Sequence record: SRR22947727_771
Length of the DNA: 61,110 nt
Direction: 5' to 3' (one strand)
Shown: piece by piece, positions 40,351 through 50,216 of the stretch
How the letters are laid out: every line of letters starts with the position of its first letter
Position numbering within the stretch: the stretch's first letter is position 1
The notes under the pieces: model-generated
Seen by the model: the letters and a program-made list of their open reading frames with translations, nothing else
Told to the model about the DNA's origin: nothing
The model's database searches: none
Made by a program: the position numbers and the translations under genes

Positions 40351-42174
40351 ATGTATTTTCCCAATATTGCCCCACGCGATGCAAACACATCTCATGGAAA
40401 TAAAAACCTTGGTGATCTACCAGAATGGGATTTAAGTGACCTTTATGAGGGCGAAGACGCGCCGCAATTGACCAGCGATTTGCAATGGCTCGAAGGCGAA
40501 TGTGCACAATTCGCACAAGATTATCAAAATAAGCTGGCTACGTTAAACGCCGATGAACTACTCAGCTGTATCCACCGAAATGAGAAAATCAGCGCAATCG
40601 CGGGGCGCATCATGTCTTTCGCGGGGCTGCGCTATTACCAAATGACCACAGATAGTAACCGCGCCAAATTTATGTCGGATGCGCAGGAGAAAATCACCAA
40701 TTTCACCACGCCTTTGGTGTTTTTCACCCTCGAGATCAATCGGCTTGAAGATGGGTATTTAGACACGCGGTTTGCGCAGAACAAGGAACTTGCCCGATAC
40801 AAGCCAGTATTTGACAAGATCCGAGCGATGAAGCCCTACCAGCTGTCTGATGAGTTGGAGAATTTTCTGCATGATCTTGGTGTTGTTGGGGATGCGTGGG
40901 AAAAACTCTTTGATGAAACAATCGCAGGATTGTCTTTCGACGTGGCGGGCGAAACGCATAATATCGAGGGCACTTTAAATTTCTTAACCGATCAAAACCG
41001 AGATAACCGTCAAGCCGCAGCGCATGCTTTGGCCGACGTGTTTCAAGACAACATCAAAACCTTCGCGCGCGTGCACAACACGCAAGCCAAAGAAAAAGAG
41101 ATCTTGGACCGCTGGCGCGGCATGCCCAGCCCACAAACCGGTCGGCATTTATCCAACCATGTTGAACCGGAAGTCGTTGAAGCTTTGCGAAACGCTGTGG
41201 TAAGCGCCTACCCGCAACTCAGCCATCGCTATTATGAGCTCAAGCGCAAATGGCTGGGGCTGGATAAAATGCAAGTGTGGGATCGAAACGCACCTCTTCC
41301 GCTTGAAAGCGATCGATTGGTGGATTGGCCCGAAGCAAGGGATACCGTGATGAGCGCCTATGCAAGCTTTGATCCGCGTTTGGCAGATTTGGCTGAACCG
41401 TTTTTCACCAAAGGGTGGATAGATGCGCCGGTTAAACCCGGCAAAGCCCCCGGTGCTTTCGCGCATCCCACCGTGACCGATGTGCATCCCTATGTGATGC
41501 TGAATTACTTGGGAAAACCGCGCGATGTGATGACTTTAGCGCATGAGTTGGGGCATGGCGTTCATCAGGTTTTGGCGGCAAAGCAAGGCGAAATGCTTTC
41601 ATCTACACCTCTAACCCTTGCAGAAACGGCATCCGTGTTTGGTGAAATGCTCACCTTCAAAAAAATGTTGGAAAACGCCAAAGATCAAAATGAGCGCAAA
41701 GTATTATTAGCCGGAAAAGTGGAAGATATGATCAACACGGTCATCCGGCAAATCGCCTTTTACGATTTTGAGTGCAAATTGCATGAGGCACGAAAAGCCG
41801 GCGAACTGACGCCCGATGATATCAACGCGCTTTGGATGAGTGTTCAGGGCGAAAGCCTTGGGCCAGCCTTCGAGTTTATGGATGGCTATGAAACCTTTTG
41901 GGCCTATATCCCGCATTTCGTGCATTCGCCATTTTACGTTTACGCCTATGCATTTGGCGATGGTTTGGTCAACGCGCTATACGCCGTTTATGAAGCGGCT
42001 CCTGATGGCTTTCAGGAAAAATATTTCGATATGTTAAAGGCCGGCGGCTCCCAACATCACAAAGATCTGTTGGCCCCATTTGGTTTAGACGCCAGTGACC
42101 CAACATTTTGGCAGCAAGGATTATCAATGATCTCATCGATGATCGATGAGCTTGAAGCGATGGAAACTCCCTAA
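40351..42174 (+). CDS. pepF: M3-family oligoendopeptidase F
   Basis: WDLSDLY, GKAPGAF, LAHELGHGVH zinc motif, AETAS, PFYVYAY. Confidence 0.92.
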   Translation: MYFPNIAPRDANTSHGNKNLGDLPEWDLSDLYEGEDAPQLTSDLQWLEGECAQFAQDYQNKLATLNADELLSCIHRNEKISAIAGRIMSFAGLRYYQMTTDSNRAKFMSDAQEKITNFTTPLVFFTLEINRLEDGYLDTRFAQNKELARYKPVFDKIRAMKPYQLSDELENFLHDLGVVGDAWEKLFDETIAGLSFDVAGETHNIEGTLNFLTDQNRDNRQAAAHALADVFQDNIKTFARVHNTQAKEKEILDRWRGMPSPQTGRHLSNHVEPEVVEALRNAVVSAYPQLSHRYYELKRKWLGLDKMQVWDRNAPLPLESDRLVDWPEARDTVMSAYASFDPRLADLAEPFFTKGWIDAPVKPGKAPGAFAHPTVTDVHPYVMLNYLGKPRDVMTLAHELGHGVHQVLAAKQGEMLSSTPLTLAETASVFGEMLTFKKMLENAKDQNERKVLLAGKVEDMINTVIRQIAFYDFECKLHEARKAGELTPDDINALWMSVQGESLGPAFEFMDGYETFWAYIPHFVHSPFYVYAYAFGDGLVNALYAVYEAAPDGFQEKYFDMLKAGGSQHHKDLLAPFGLDASDPTFWQQGLSMISSMIDELEAMETP

Positions 42175-42321
42175 TAAGAATATCCGATTGCGATCTAAAG
42201 CCGTTGGTCAGGCCAGCCCAAGCGCGCAGCAACAGCAAACTGCGTCAAGGCTGCTCTTGTTTTTTCAACAACCGATCTAGCTTTAAATATACGAGTTGAA
42301 TGACTGATTGAAAGAGCTCAC

Positions 42322-42834
42322 ATGCGCCTATGGATTTTATTTGCAATGATGATCACCGCCAGCACTGCCACCGCCCTTGACTTTACCTTTGAAAATATTG
42401 ATGGGGGCGCGCTGTCTTTATCGAATTACGAAGGTCGGCCAATTTTGGTTGTGAATACGGCCAGCAGATGCGGTTTCACAGGTCAGTTGAGCGGGCTTCA
42501 AAAGCTTCATGAAACCTATAACGATCAAGGTCTGGTGGTTCTGGCTGTGCCTTCGAATGATTTCAACCAAGAATTGGGGAGCAACGCGGATGTTAAAGAG
42601 TTTTGCGAGCTTGGTTATAGCACCACGATGCCCATGACCGGTATAACCAAGGTAAAAGGACCAAACGCACATCCGTTTTTCAAATGGGCGAAACGCTCTG
42701 CTGGCTTCGTTCCGTCGTGGAATTTTAACAAATTGTTGATCGATCAAAATGGCCAAATCGTTAAGAGTTTTGGATCAGTTGCGCGTCCCAGCGGGCGAAA
42801 GATCACGTCTGAAATCGAAATACTGCTTCAGTAA
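42322..42834 (+). CDS. Glutathione peroxidase (Cys-type, signal peptide)
   Basis: VVNTASRCGFT, PSNDFNQE, WNFNK; N-terminal signal ending ATA. Confidence 0.9.
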   Translation: MRLWILFAMMITASTATALDFTFENIDGGALSLSNYEGRPILVVNTASRCGFTGQLSGLQKLHETYNDQGLVVLAVPSNDFNQELGSNADVKEFCELGYSTTMPMTGITKVKGPNAHPFFKWAKRSAGFVPSWNFNKLLIDQNGQIVKSFGSVARPSGRKITSEIEILLQ

Positions 42835-42911
42835 AAGCCACGCTTTTTTCTGTTAAGCAGACGGCACCGATTTACTTTTCTAAGACACGAAAAGGGGTAA
42901 CCGGTCCCGTT

Positions 42912-43880
42912 TTAAACGCGTTGGGCCCAATTGAGGATGATATCCGCAACGGGCTTGGTTTGGCTAGGCGACAAGACATGCCCGGCAAGCACGTGGAAGC
43001 TCTCATCATCCTGTTGCCCCAAGTGAATTTCCTGCCCTGTGCTCTGGCCGCCCCAAGCATGCATTACCTGTAAAATTTTATCAGCCTGTACCACCTGATC
43101 TTTGGACGAATATAAAAATAAGCTGGGAATTTTTGCCCGTGCAAAATCCAATTGTATGACTTGTTTGACCAAGGCACCGACGGGCAGAACCGCCACGGAT
43201 GGGTAAACAAGGCTGCACGTCGCGGCATGCGCCGCGCTGCGGGCGTCAAACCGGCGCGTTTTGCCCGCAAAAACCGGCAACCAATAGCGCGCCAAAGGCC
43301 ATGTTAAGAACCGCGCGCGAAAATCTAGGATGCCAAAATTTGGCGATACAAACACCGAGCCTGCAAGCTTTTGGGACAGCTTCGGATTTAGCGCCGCCAC
43401 CGCCGCCAAGGTGCCCCCTGTTGAGGTCGAGATAAGCAAAACCCGCTCACCCAAGCGCTCACCAATTAAAATCGCCTCTTGTAAATCCGCCATCCAACCC
43501 GCAACCGTCCCCTCTGCCAGGGCTTTATCTTCGCGCCCATGCCCTTGCAGGCGGGTAAAAAACAAATTGCTGCCCAAAGCGTTTGAGACCAAATCGGGTA
43601 CAGGCCTAATTTCTTCAGATGCTGCCGAAAACCCGTGCAAATACACCACAGATAGCAGAGTTTTTTCTTTGGCGTCATTTGCCCAAATGATGCGTTTCTC
43701 TAAAGAGGGTTTAATATCGGAATACGCGCTCTCTGCATCTTGCAAATAATGATCAAGATCATCACCAATCGGTTTGGGCGCTGCCAAGCTTAGATCTGCG
43801 GGTTCACGAGGGGCCCAATACACCAAACCCAAAACCAAGAGGCACAGAATGCCTATTATCAAAATGAAAAAAAATGTCAT
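42912..43880 (-). CDS. Alpha/beta hydrolase with N-terminal membrane anchor
   Basis: YLHGFSA, STSTGG nucleophile elbow, DQVV, HVLAG. Confidence 0.85.
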   Translation of the reverse strand: MTFFFILIIGILCLLVLGLVYWAPREPADLSLAAPKPIGDDLDHYLQDAESAYSDIKPSLEKRIIWANDAKEKTLLSVVYLHGFSAASEEIRPVPDLVSNALGSNLFFTRLQGHGREDKALAEGTVAGWMADLQEAILIGERLGERVLLISTSTGGTLAAVAALNPKLSQKLAGSVFVSPNFGILDFRARFLTWPLARYWLPVFAGKTRRFDARSAAHAATCSLVYPSVAVLPVGALVKQVIQLDFARAKIPSLFLYSSKDQVVQADKILQVMHAWGGQSTGQEIHLGQQDDESFHVLAGHVLSPSQTKPVADIILNWAQRV

Positions 43881-44648
43881 TTATGGCTGCCCCATATGTT
43901 TGGTTGATTTTTCAAATAAGACCCTCAAATTCTGATCAATTACAGCCAAACATTCGGCAGTTGAAAAGGAATGATCTTGCCCCGCCAAAAAAGTTAATGA
44001 CACATCCGGGCTTTCAATATGATCCAGCAAATTAAGGGCGGTTTGGCGCGTTACGCTACGATCTTGTGTGCCTTGCAAGCAGATCACCGGAAACGGCAAG
44101 GACAGACTTGCCCGCATCACCAGATGGTCACGGGCCTCTTCGATCAACTGTCGAGTGATCGGATAAGCCTCGCCATATTCAGAGGGCAATAAGGTAAGAC
44201 CTTTTTCCAAAACTTCGGCTTTTTGTTCAGCCGAAAAACTCAGCCACATGCTGTCTTCGGTAAAATCAGGTGCAGCCGCGATTGTCATCAAACCTGCAAC
44301 ACGACCTGCCAACCGTTGCGCCAAAAGCAACGCAATCCACCCGCCCATCGAGGATCCGACAAGCACGATAGGTCCCTGCGTTTTTTCGCTAATGATAGCC
44401 TCTGCATCCTGCGCCCAGTTCCCAATAGATCCATCGGTAAACACGCCTGAAGACTCGCCATGACCAGAATAATCAAAACGCAGATAAGAAAAGCCGCGCT
44501 GCTGCGCCCAACTTTCTAAGAAAAGCGCTTTTGAGCCCTGCATATCGGACTTAAATCCCCCCAAAAACACCAAGTTGGGCGAAGCGCCTGCGGTTTTGTG
44601 ATAGGCAAGCCGGCGCGCCTGCGGCGTGGTGTAAAAAGCGGGCATCAT
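43881..44648 (-). CDS. Alpha/beta hydrolase (ABHD10-like)
   Basis: GGFKSDMQGSKA, RFDYSGHGES, GSSMGG, AAAPDFTE, QDH. Confidence 0.88.
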   Translation of the reverse strand: MMPAFYTTPQARRLAYHKTAGASPNLVFLGGFKSDMQGSKALFLESWAQQRGFSYLRFDYSGHGESSGVFTDGSIGNWAQDAEAIISEKTQGPIVLVGSSMGGWIALLLAQRLAGRVAGLMTIAAAPDFTEDSMWLSFSAEQKAEVLEKGLTLLPSEYGEAYPITRQLIEEARDHLVMRASLSLPFPVICLQGTQDRSVTRQTALNLLDHIESPDVSLTFLAGQDHSFSTAECLAVIDQNLRVLFEKSTKHMGQP

Positions 44649-44822
44649 AAATCCTTATCGTTTAAGGTTGGCTTTCGTTGTGACAGGGCATCCCCTGCTT
44701 GGTCAAGCCAGCGCTTTTAAAATTAGCAAAAGCTTGCTTGACGATGAACGCAAGACGCGCCAAAAGAGGTTAAACCCGCAACCGGGCGCATGGTCGGCGC
44801 CAAAATGACGAGGAGGCATCTG

Positions 44823-46769
44823 ATGTCCCAAATTACGCTCACCCTTCCAGATAACAGCAAGCGCAGCTATGCGGCCGGGATAACCGCAGCCGAAGTGGCC
44901 AATGATATTGCGACATCGCTGGGCAAAAAAGCTATTAGCGCAACGCTAGACGAAGCCCATTGGGATCTACAATGGCCCATCGAAAACGACGCCGCAATCG
45001 CTGTCAACACGATGAAAGACGTGGCACCTGCGCTGGAGTTGGTGCGCCATGATCTGGCGCATATCATGGCCCGCGCCGTGCAAGAGATTTGGCCCGACGT
45101 AAAGGTGACAATCGGCCCAGTGATTGAAAACGGTTGGTATTACGATTTTGACCGCACCGAGCCATTTACCCCAGAAGATCTTGGTTTGATTGAAAAAACT
45201 ATGAAAGCCATCATAAATAAACGCGAGGCAGTTCGCACAGAAATCTGGTCGCGTGACGAAGCCGTGCAGCATTATACCCAGTCAAATGAACCCTATAAGG
45301 TTGAACTGATTGAGGCGATACCCGGCGCGGAACCTCTGCGCATGTATTGGCATGGCGATTGGCAGGATCTGTGCCGTGGACCACATTTACAACATACAGG
45401 ACAAGTTCCCGCCGACGCGTTTAAGCTGATGTCGGTGGCCGGTGCTTATTGGCGCGGCGATAGCAATCGCGCCATGTTGCAGCGTATTTACGGCGTCGCG
45501 TTTTTAAATAAAGAGCAGCTAAAAGCCCACCTGCATATGCTGGAGGAAGCCGCAAAGCGCGACCATCGGAAATTAGGCCGTGAAATGGCTCTGTTTCACA
45601 TGCAAGAAGAGGCCCCCGGGCAAATTTTTTGGCATCCAAATGGCTGGAAAATATACACCACGATCCAAGATTATATGCGCCGTCAACAAACACGGGACGG
45701 CTATGTCGAGGTCAATACTCCCCAAGTGGTGGATCGCAAATTATGGGAAGCCTCTGGCCATTGGGAAAAATACCAAGAACATATGTTTATTGTTGAGGTC
45801 GATGAAGACCATGCGCGCGAAAAAGCTGTCAATGCGTTGAAACCGATGAACTGCCCCTGCCACGTACAAGTATATAATCAGGGCTTAAAGTCTTACCGCG
45901 ATTTGCCATTGCGGATGGCTGAATTTGGCAGCTGCAACCGCTATGAGCCGTCTGGCGCGTTGCATGGCATCATGCGCGTGCGCGGCTTTACCCAAGATGA
46001 TGCCCATATTTTCTGCCGCGAAGATCAGATCGAATATGAAACAAAGAAATTTATCAATTTTCTTTCAAATGTATATGAAGATTTGGGTTTTGAGAAATTC
46101 GCCATTAAATTCTCGGATCGGCCCGAGCAACGATCGGGCAGTGATGCGGTATGGGATCGCGCCGAGGCCGCTTTAAAATCGGCCACGGAAGCGGCCGGTT
46201 GTGAGTTTGAACTTAACCCAGGCGAAGGCGCATTTTACGGCCCAAAATTAGAATTCGTGCTAACCGATGCCATCGGGCGTGATTGGCAATGCGGGACTTT
46301 GCAGGTGGATTTCGTTTTACCCGAACGGCTTGATGCTAATTATATTGGCGAAGATGGGGATAAACATCGCCCCGTGATGCTGCACCGCGCGTGCTTGGGC
46401 TCTTTTGAACGCTTTATCGGTATTTTGATCGAAAACTTTGCTGGAAAGCTGCCGTTTTGGTTGGCCCCGCGGCAAGTTGTGGTGGCGGCAATCGTCTCGG
46501 ATGCAGATGAATATTGCCGCGAGGTGGTTGATTTGCTGACTCGCTTGGGAATTCGGGCCGAGCTCGACCTGCGCAATGAAAAAATCAATTATAAAGTGCG
46601 CGAACATTCATTGGCAAAAGTGCCTGTTATTTTGGCCTGCGGCAAACGAGAAGTGGAGAACCAAACCGTCTCAATTCGCCGTCTTGGCGAAACGCAAACA
46701 AGCGTTGCGCCGCTAGATGAGATTGCACAATCGTTGAAAGCAGAGTCTGCAGCACCTGATTTAAGATAA
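44823..46769 (+). CDS. thrS: Threonine--tRNA ligase
   Basis: TGS domain, [57 protein letters not shown] before ATG 44823. Confidence 0.98.
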   Translation: MSQITLTLPDNSKRSYAAGITAAEVANDIATSLGKKAISATLDEAHWDLQWPIENDAAIAVNTMKDVAPALELVRHDLAHIMARAVQEIWPDVKVTIGPVIENGWYYDFDRTEPFTPEDLGLIEKTMKAIINKREAVRTEIWSRDEAVQHYTQSNEPYKVELIEAIPGAEPLRMYWHGDWQDLCRGPHLQHTGQVPADAFKLMSVAGAYWRGDSNRAMLQRIYGVAFLNKEQLKAHLHMLEEAAKRDHRKLGREMALFHMQEEAPGQIFWHPNGWKIYTTIQDYMRRQQTRDGYVEVNTPQVVDRKLWEASGHWEKYQEHMFIVEVDEDHAREKAVNALKPMNCPCHVQVYNQGLKSYRDLPLRMAEFGSCNRYEPSGALHGIMRVRGFTQDDAHIFCREDQIEYETKKFINFLSNVYEDLGFEKFAIKFSDRPEQRSGSDAVWDRAEAALKSATEAAGCEFELNPGEGAFYGPKLEFVLTDAIGRDWQCGTLQVDFVLPERLDANYIGEDGDKHRPVMLHRACLGSFERFIGILIENFAGKLPFWLAPRQVVVAAIVSDADEYCREVVDLLTRLGIRAELDLRNEKINYKVREHSLAKVPVILACGKREVENQTVSIRRLGETQTSVAPLDEIAQSLKAESAAPDLR

Positions 46770-46805
46770 CGATTTCATTTCACAACGCGTAAAAATTACA
46801 CAGAC

Positions 46806-46831
46806 CTTGGCTGAAAACTGTTTCAGCCAAG
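46806..46831. terminator. Perfect 11-bp inverted repeat after thrS
   Basis: CTTGGCTGAAA-ACTG-TTTCAGCCAAG; no U-tract, so it could be a terminator, stabiliser or operator. Confidence 0.45.
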
Positions 46832-46950
46832 CCGGCGCTCTGTTCCGAAAGGGGCGCGGTCTTACCACAATAATGTGATCAGACGTGATGTGCCTTTTTA
46901 TTTAAACGCTGCCTATATTGAGGGCGTTAATAGGTAAAAGGAGTTTCAGT

Positions 46951-47253
46951 ATGTCAGAAGATTTAAAAACAAAAGTCTTGATCGGGGCCGTAGCCGTTGC
47001 CTTGAGCGCACCCATGGTTGCTACCGCCTCTGGTGCCAAAGAAAAATGCTATGGCGTATCTCTGGCCGGCCAAAATGATTGCGCTGCAGGCGCAGGCACT
47101 ACCTGCGCAGGCACTTCAACCGTGGATTACCAAGGCAATGCCTGGTCGTTGGTGGATGCAGGCAGCTGTCTGGAAATCGAGCTGCCAAATGACGCAGGCG
47201 ATCAAGCCCGTATGGGATCCCTTACAGCCTTAGAGCGCGATCTGCCCTCTTAA
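46951..47253 (+). CDS. DUF2282 bufferin-type RiPP precursor (BufA1-like)
   Basis: AGGAG RBS; Sec-type signal; [14 protein letters not shown]...TTCAG...W..V..G.C four-Cys pattern. Confidence 0.9.
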   Translation: MSEDLKTKVLIGAVAVALSAPMVATASGAKEKCYGVSLAGQNDCAAGAGTTCAGTSTVDYQGNAWSLVDAGSCLEIELPNDAGDQARMGSLTALERDLPS

Positions 47254-47304
47254 CGGGCTCGATCATCTTTCGAGGAATATCCAAAGATGAATCAAGGAGC
47301 GCCG

Positions 47305-48165
47305 ATGCCAGATCTTATCGCAAATTCACTTCCCGCCAGCATTGGCGTCGGGTTTAAATCTCAACATTTCAACGATATTTTATCTAGCCCGCATCCCGTT
47401 GGATGGCTGGAAATTCACGCTGAAAATTATTTGGGCGAAGGCGGGCGCCCAATCTCTCAATTGCAACATTTACGGGCTGAGCTGCCAATCTCGGTGCATG
47501 CAATTGGTTTATCAATAGGAGGTGAGGCGCCGCTGGATAAAGAACATTTGGCGCGCATAAAGCGTTTATGCGACTGGCTAGATCCTGCAAGTTTTTCCGA
47601 ACATTTGGCATGGTCAACGCATGCAGGCAATTTTCTAAACGATCTTTTGCCGCTGCCTTATACCGAGAAAACCTTAAAACACGTCATCCGACATGTGGAT
47701 CATGTTCAAACCATATTGGGGCGGCAGATGTTGCTTGAAAACCCATCTAGTTACTTTCAATTTTCGGAAAGCTGTTATTCGGAACCTGCATTTTTAAACG
47801 CGGTGGTGGCGCAGACTGGATGCGGGCTTTTGTTAGACGTCAATAATATATTTATCTCATGCCACAATCTAAACATGTCAGCTGAAGCCTATATCGATGA
47901 GCTGAATTGCACCGCCATTGGTGAAATTCATTTGGGCGGACATTCAACAGATGTTTTGGAACAGGACGAACTTTTGTTGATCGATTCTCATGCCGCGCCA
48001 GTAGCAGATACAGTTTGGACGCTTTATAAAGATGTTTTGAAACGTACAGGTCCAAAGGCAAGCTTGATCGAATGGGATACAGATGTGCCTGATTGGTCCG
48101 TTCTAAACAGTGAAGTGATGCAAGCTGCCTGTCTTTTGGAACAGCAAAGATGCCAGTCTCAATGA
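47305..48165 (+). CDS. DUF692 multinuclear non-heme iron oxidative enzyme (MNIO, BufB-like)
   Basis: GVGFKSQH, LEIHAENY, SEHLAWS, DLLPLPY, LENPS, LLDVNN, EIHLGGH, IDSH, IEWD. Confidence 0.95.
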   Translation: MPDLIANSLPASIGVGFKSQHFNDILSSPHPVGWLEIHAENYLGEGGRPISQLQHLRAELPISVHAIGLSIGGEAPLDKEHLARIKRLCDWLDPASFSEHLAWSTHAGNFLNDLLPLPYTEKTLKHVIRHVDHVQTILGRQMLLENPSSYFQFSESCYSEPAFLNAVVAQTGCGLLLDVNNIFISCHNLNMSAEAYIDELNCTAIGEIHLGGHSTDVLEQDELLLIDSHAAPVADTVWTLYKDVLKRTGPKASLIEWDTDVPDWSVLNSEVMQAACLLEQQRCQSQ

Positions 48166-48914
48166 CACAAAAAGAGCTTTTCATCGCTTTTTCCAACCCC
48201 GGTCAGCCTTGCCCAGCGAATTTGAAAACCGGCAAGCACCTCCCTGCTACCAGCGGGTTGAACATCTACCGAAACACCATAGCCCATGGCTTAATTGCCA
48301 CTTTGGAAAGCAACTTCCCGAAAACAAGAGCCGTTCTTGGCCCGAAGAATTTTTATTCATTGGCGCGCTTATACGCCAGTAAAGAAAAACCAACCTCATC
48401 TCTTTTGTATAAATATGGCGTGGGGTTTTCGAAATTTTTACAAAAAATACCTGCCCTTTCTGAGTTGGGATACCTACCTGATTTGGCCAGGCTCGAACAA
48501 CATATAAGGTTATCTTATCATGCGCGCGACTGCGCCCTATATAATTGGGAAAACCTTCTCAAGCACCAAGATACAGATCTTTTAACGGCATGCTGTCAGT
48601 TTGACGCAGCCTGTTTCATCATCCCGACATATTGGCCGCTAGGCACCATTTACCGCAAAGCCCAGTCAGGCGCACCAACGCGGCATCCAAAGCGGCTTAG
48701 CAGCGCAAGCGCGATCCTTGTTACGCGCCCTGAGTTTGATCCCCAGATCACAACGGTTCCAGAAGAACTCATAAAGTTTTTAGACGCGTTGGCTGCAGGT
48801 CATACATTTCAAACCGCATGCAATATCGGAAAAACCAGCGGCCCAGCATTTACGCTCAAGGCGGGACTGCAGTTTCTTGTAAACGCAAACTCCGTTCACG
48901 ACATCACATTTTAG
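48150..48914 (+). CDS. DUF2063 MNIO partner protein (BufC-like)
   Basis: IYRN...L...L...FP, YG..F..FL, YLPDLARLE....SYHA; overlaps the DUF692 gene. Confidence 0.88.
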   Translation: MPVSMTQKELFIAFSNPGQPCPANLKTGKHLPATSGLNIYRNTIAHGLIATLESNFPKTRAVLGPKNFYSLARLYASKEKPTSSLLYKYGVGFSKFLQKIPALSELGYLPDLARLEQHIRLSYHARDCALYNWENLLKHQDTDLLTACCQFDAACFIIPTYWPLGTIYRKAQSGAPTRHPKRLSSASAILVTRPEFDPQITTVPEELIKFLDALAAGHTFQTACNIGKTSGPAFTLKAGLQFLVNANSVHDITF

Positions 48915-48923
48915 GGCAGCATC

Positions 48924-49475
48924 ATGATCCAACTTATTCAAATTATGAACTCTTTTGCAGGCAGGCTGGCAGCGAAAGTACCCGATCTGTGCTTATTGGC
49001 AAGATTTGTATTTGCGGCGGTGCTTTTGGTTTATTTTTGGGCATCAGGCCTCAGCAAACTCGGTGCGGGGTTACTGGGGCTGTTCCACCCATCAGCTGGC
49101 GCATATGTTCAAATCTTCCCAAAACAAATGGAAGCCTTTGGCTATGATCCTAGCCAGTTTGGCCTATTTCACGACCTGGTCGTTTTAACAGGTGTTCTGT
49201 CAGAATTCCTCATTCCACTGATGATTACAATCGGCCTGCTCACCCGATATGCCGCGTTGGGCATGATTGCCTTCATAGCCGTACAAACCGCAACTGATCT
49301 ATTTGGTCACGGGGTGCTTGAGGATCCCACCACTTTGGGCAAATGGTTTGACCGCAGTTCTTCTTCTGTGATTATGGACCAAAGGCTGCTTTGGCTGTTT
49401 GTGTTGTTCTATCTCGTCAGACACAGAGGCGGAGTTCTTTCGCTTGACCAGTGGCTAAGCTCACGCAAGGTTTAA
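48924..49475 (+). CDS. DoxX-family membrane protein (BufD-like)
   Basis: ARFVFAAVLLVYFWASG..K, SEFLIPLMITIGLLTRYAALG, GGVLSLD. Confidence 0.9.
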   Translation: MIQLIQIMNSFAGRLAAKVPDLCLLARFVFAAVLLVYFWASGLSKLGAGLLGLFHPSAGAYVQIFPKQMEAFGYDPSQFGLFHDLVVLTGVLSEFLIPLMITIGLLTRYAALGMIAFIAVQTATDLFGHGVLEDPTTLGKWFDRSSSSVIMDQRLLWLFVLFYLVRHRGGVLSLDQWLSSRKV

Positions 49476-49786
49476 AGCAACGCAGCTTGCGTTTTCGCGC
49501 TCCAACTGAGGTAAAGTTTCTGCTCGTGTGTCTCAATTAGGGGGCGCTTCATCACTGCGGGGTGAAGGCGTAACAAATCGCGCGGTGGCATTGCCCGCTC
49601 GTCCGACGATAAATTACGCCAGGTTGTAGATTTTTTATTGACCAAATCATCGCCAAATTCTTGCAAAGCAGCGTCTAGAATTTCGTCAGGAATCAAATCG
49701 ACACGCACATCAAAAAACCTATAGCCATCCAATAACTTAACTGCTTTTCGGCAAGTATCGCAGTTTTTTAAACCGAATATTCTCAT
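49472..49786 (-). CDS. ArsC/Spx (YffB-like) family protein
   Basis: MRIFGLKNCDTCRKA, LVNKKSTTWR, HPAVMKRPLI; true start is well inside the 204-aa ORF of the track. Confidence 0.9.
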   Translation of the reverse strand: MRIFGLKNCDTCRKAVKLLDGYRFFDVRVDLIPDEILDAALQEFGDDLVNKKSTTWRNLSSDERAMPPRDLLRLHPAVMKRPLIETHEQKLYLSWSAKTQAALL

Positions 49787-49884
49787 TTCAACGCCTTTTT
49801 CAGCGAAATTTCGCAGAAGTTTTCGTAAATGAACAGGTTTTTCTTGATTTTTAAAGCAGCTCCGTTCCAATTTATCATGTCTTA

Positions 49885-49970
49885 AAGCGACACAGAAACC
49901 GCTGTCGCTTGAGAAGCCGCCAAACTGGCGGAACGAACACCCCCGCATAGGGGCAAACTTTAGAAGGAGA
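49885..49970 (+). promoter_or_regulatory. Structured 5' leader of the cold-shock gene
   Basis: Three successive hairpins (49885-49910, 49917-49931, 49941-49953) ahead of the AAGGAGA RBS. Confidence 0.5.
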
Positions 49971-49978
49971 CACGGGGC

Positions 49979-50185
49979 ATGCCGAATGGTACCGTGAAAT
50001 GGTTTAATACCACAAAAGGCTACGGCTTCATTGCACCTGACGATGGCGGAAAAGACGTTTTCGTTCATATTTCTGCGTTGGAGCAATCGGGCTTAACCGG
50101 ATTGGCTGATAATCAAAAGATCAGCTTTGAACTGCAAGAAGGACGTGACGGACGCCAAATGGCGTCAGAGTTGAAGCCTTTATAA
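49979..50185 (+). CDS. cspA: Cold-shock protein
   Basis: GTVKWFN, KGYGFI (RNP1), DVFVHISA (RNP2). Confidence 0.95.
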   Translation: MPNGTVKWFNTTKGYGFIAPDDGGKDVFVHISALEQSGLTGLADNQKISFELQEGRDGRQMASELKPL

Positions 50186-50216
50186 ACGAAACGCCAAGCC
50201 CCGTTCCTATGCGGGA

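Noticed and set aside
42322..42834. Selenocysteine in the glutathione peroxidase
   Set aside because: The active-site codon is TGC (Cys) and the frame has no internal TGA.
46823..46849. TCAGCC-N17-CGAA as an ECF promoter for the bufferin-type operon
   Set aside because: Only the CGAA half matches SigF-type promoters; the -35 half deviates and overlaps the hairpin, so support is insufficient.
49787..50086. Long N-terminal extension of the 204-aa ArsC ORF in the track
   Set aside because: It is the antisense shadow of cspA and its leader; family similarity begins at MRIFGLKNC (49786).
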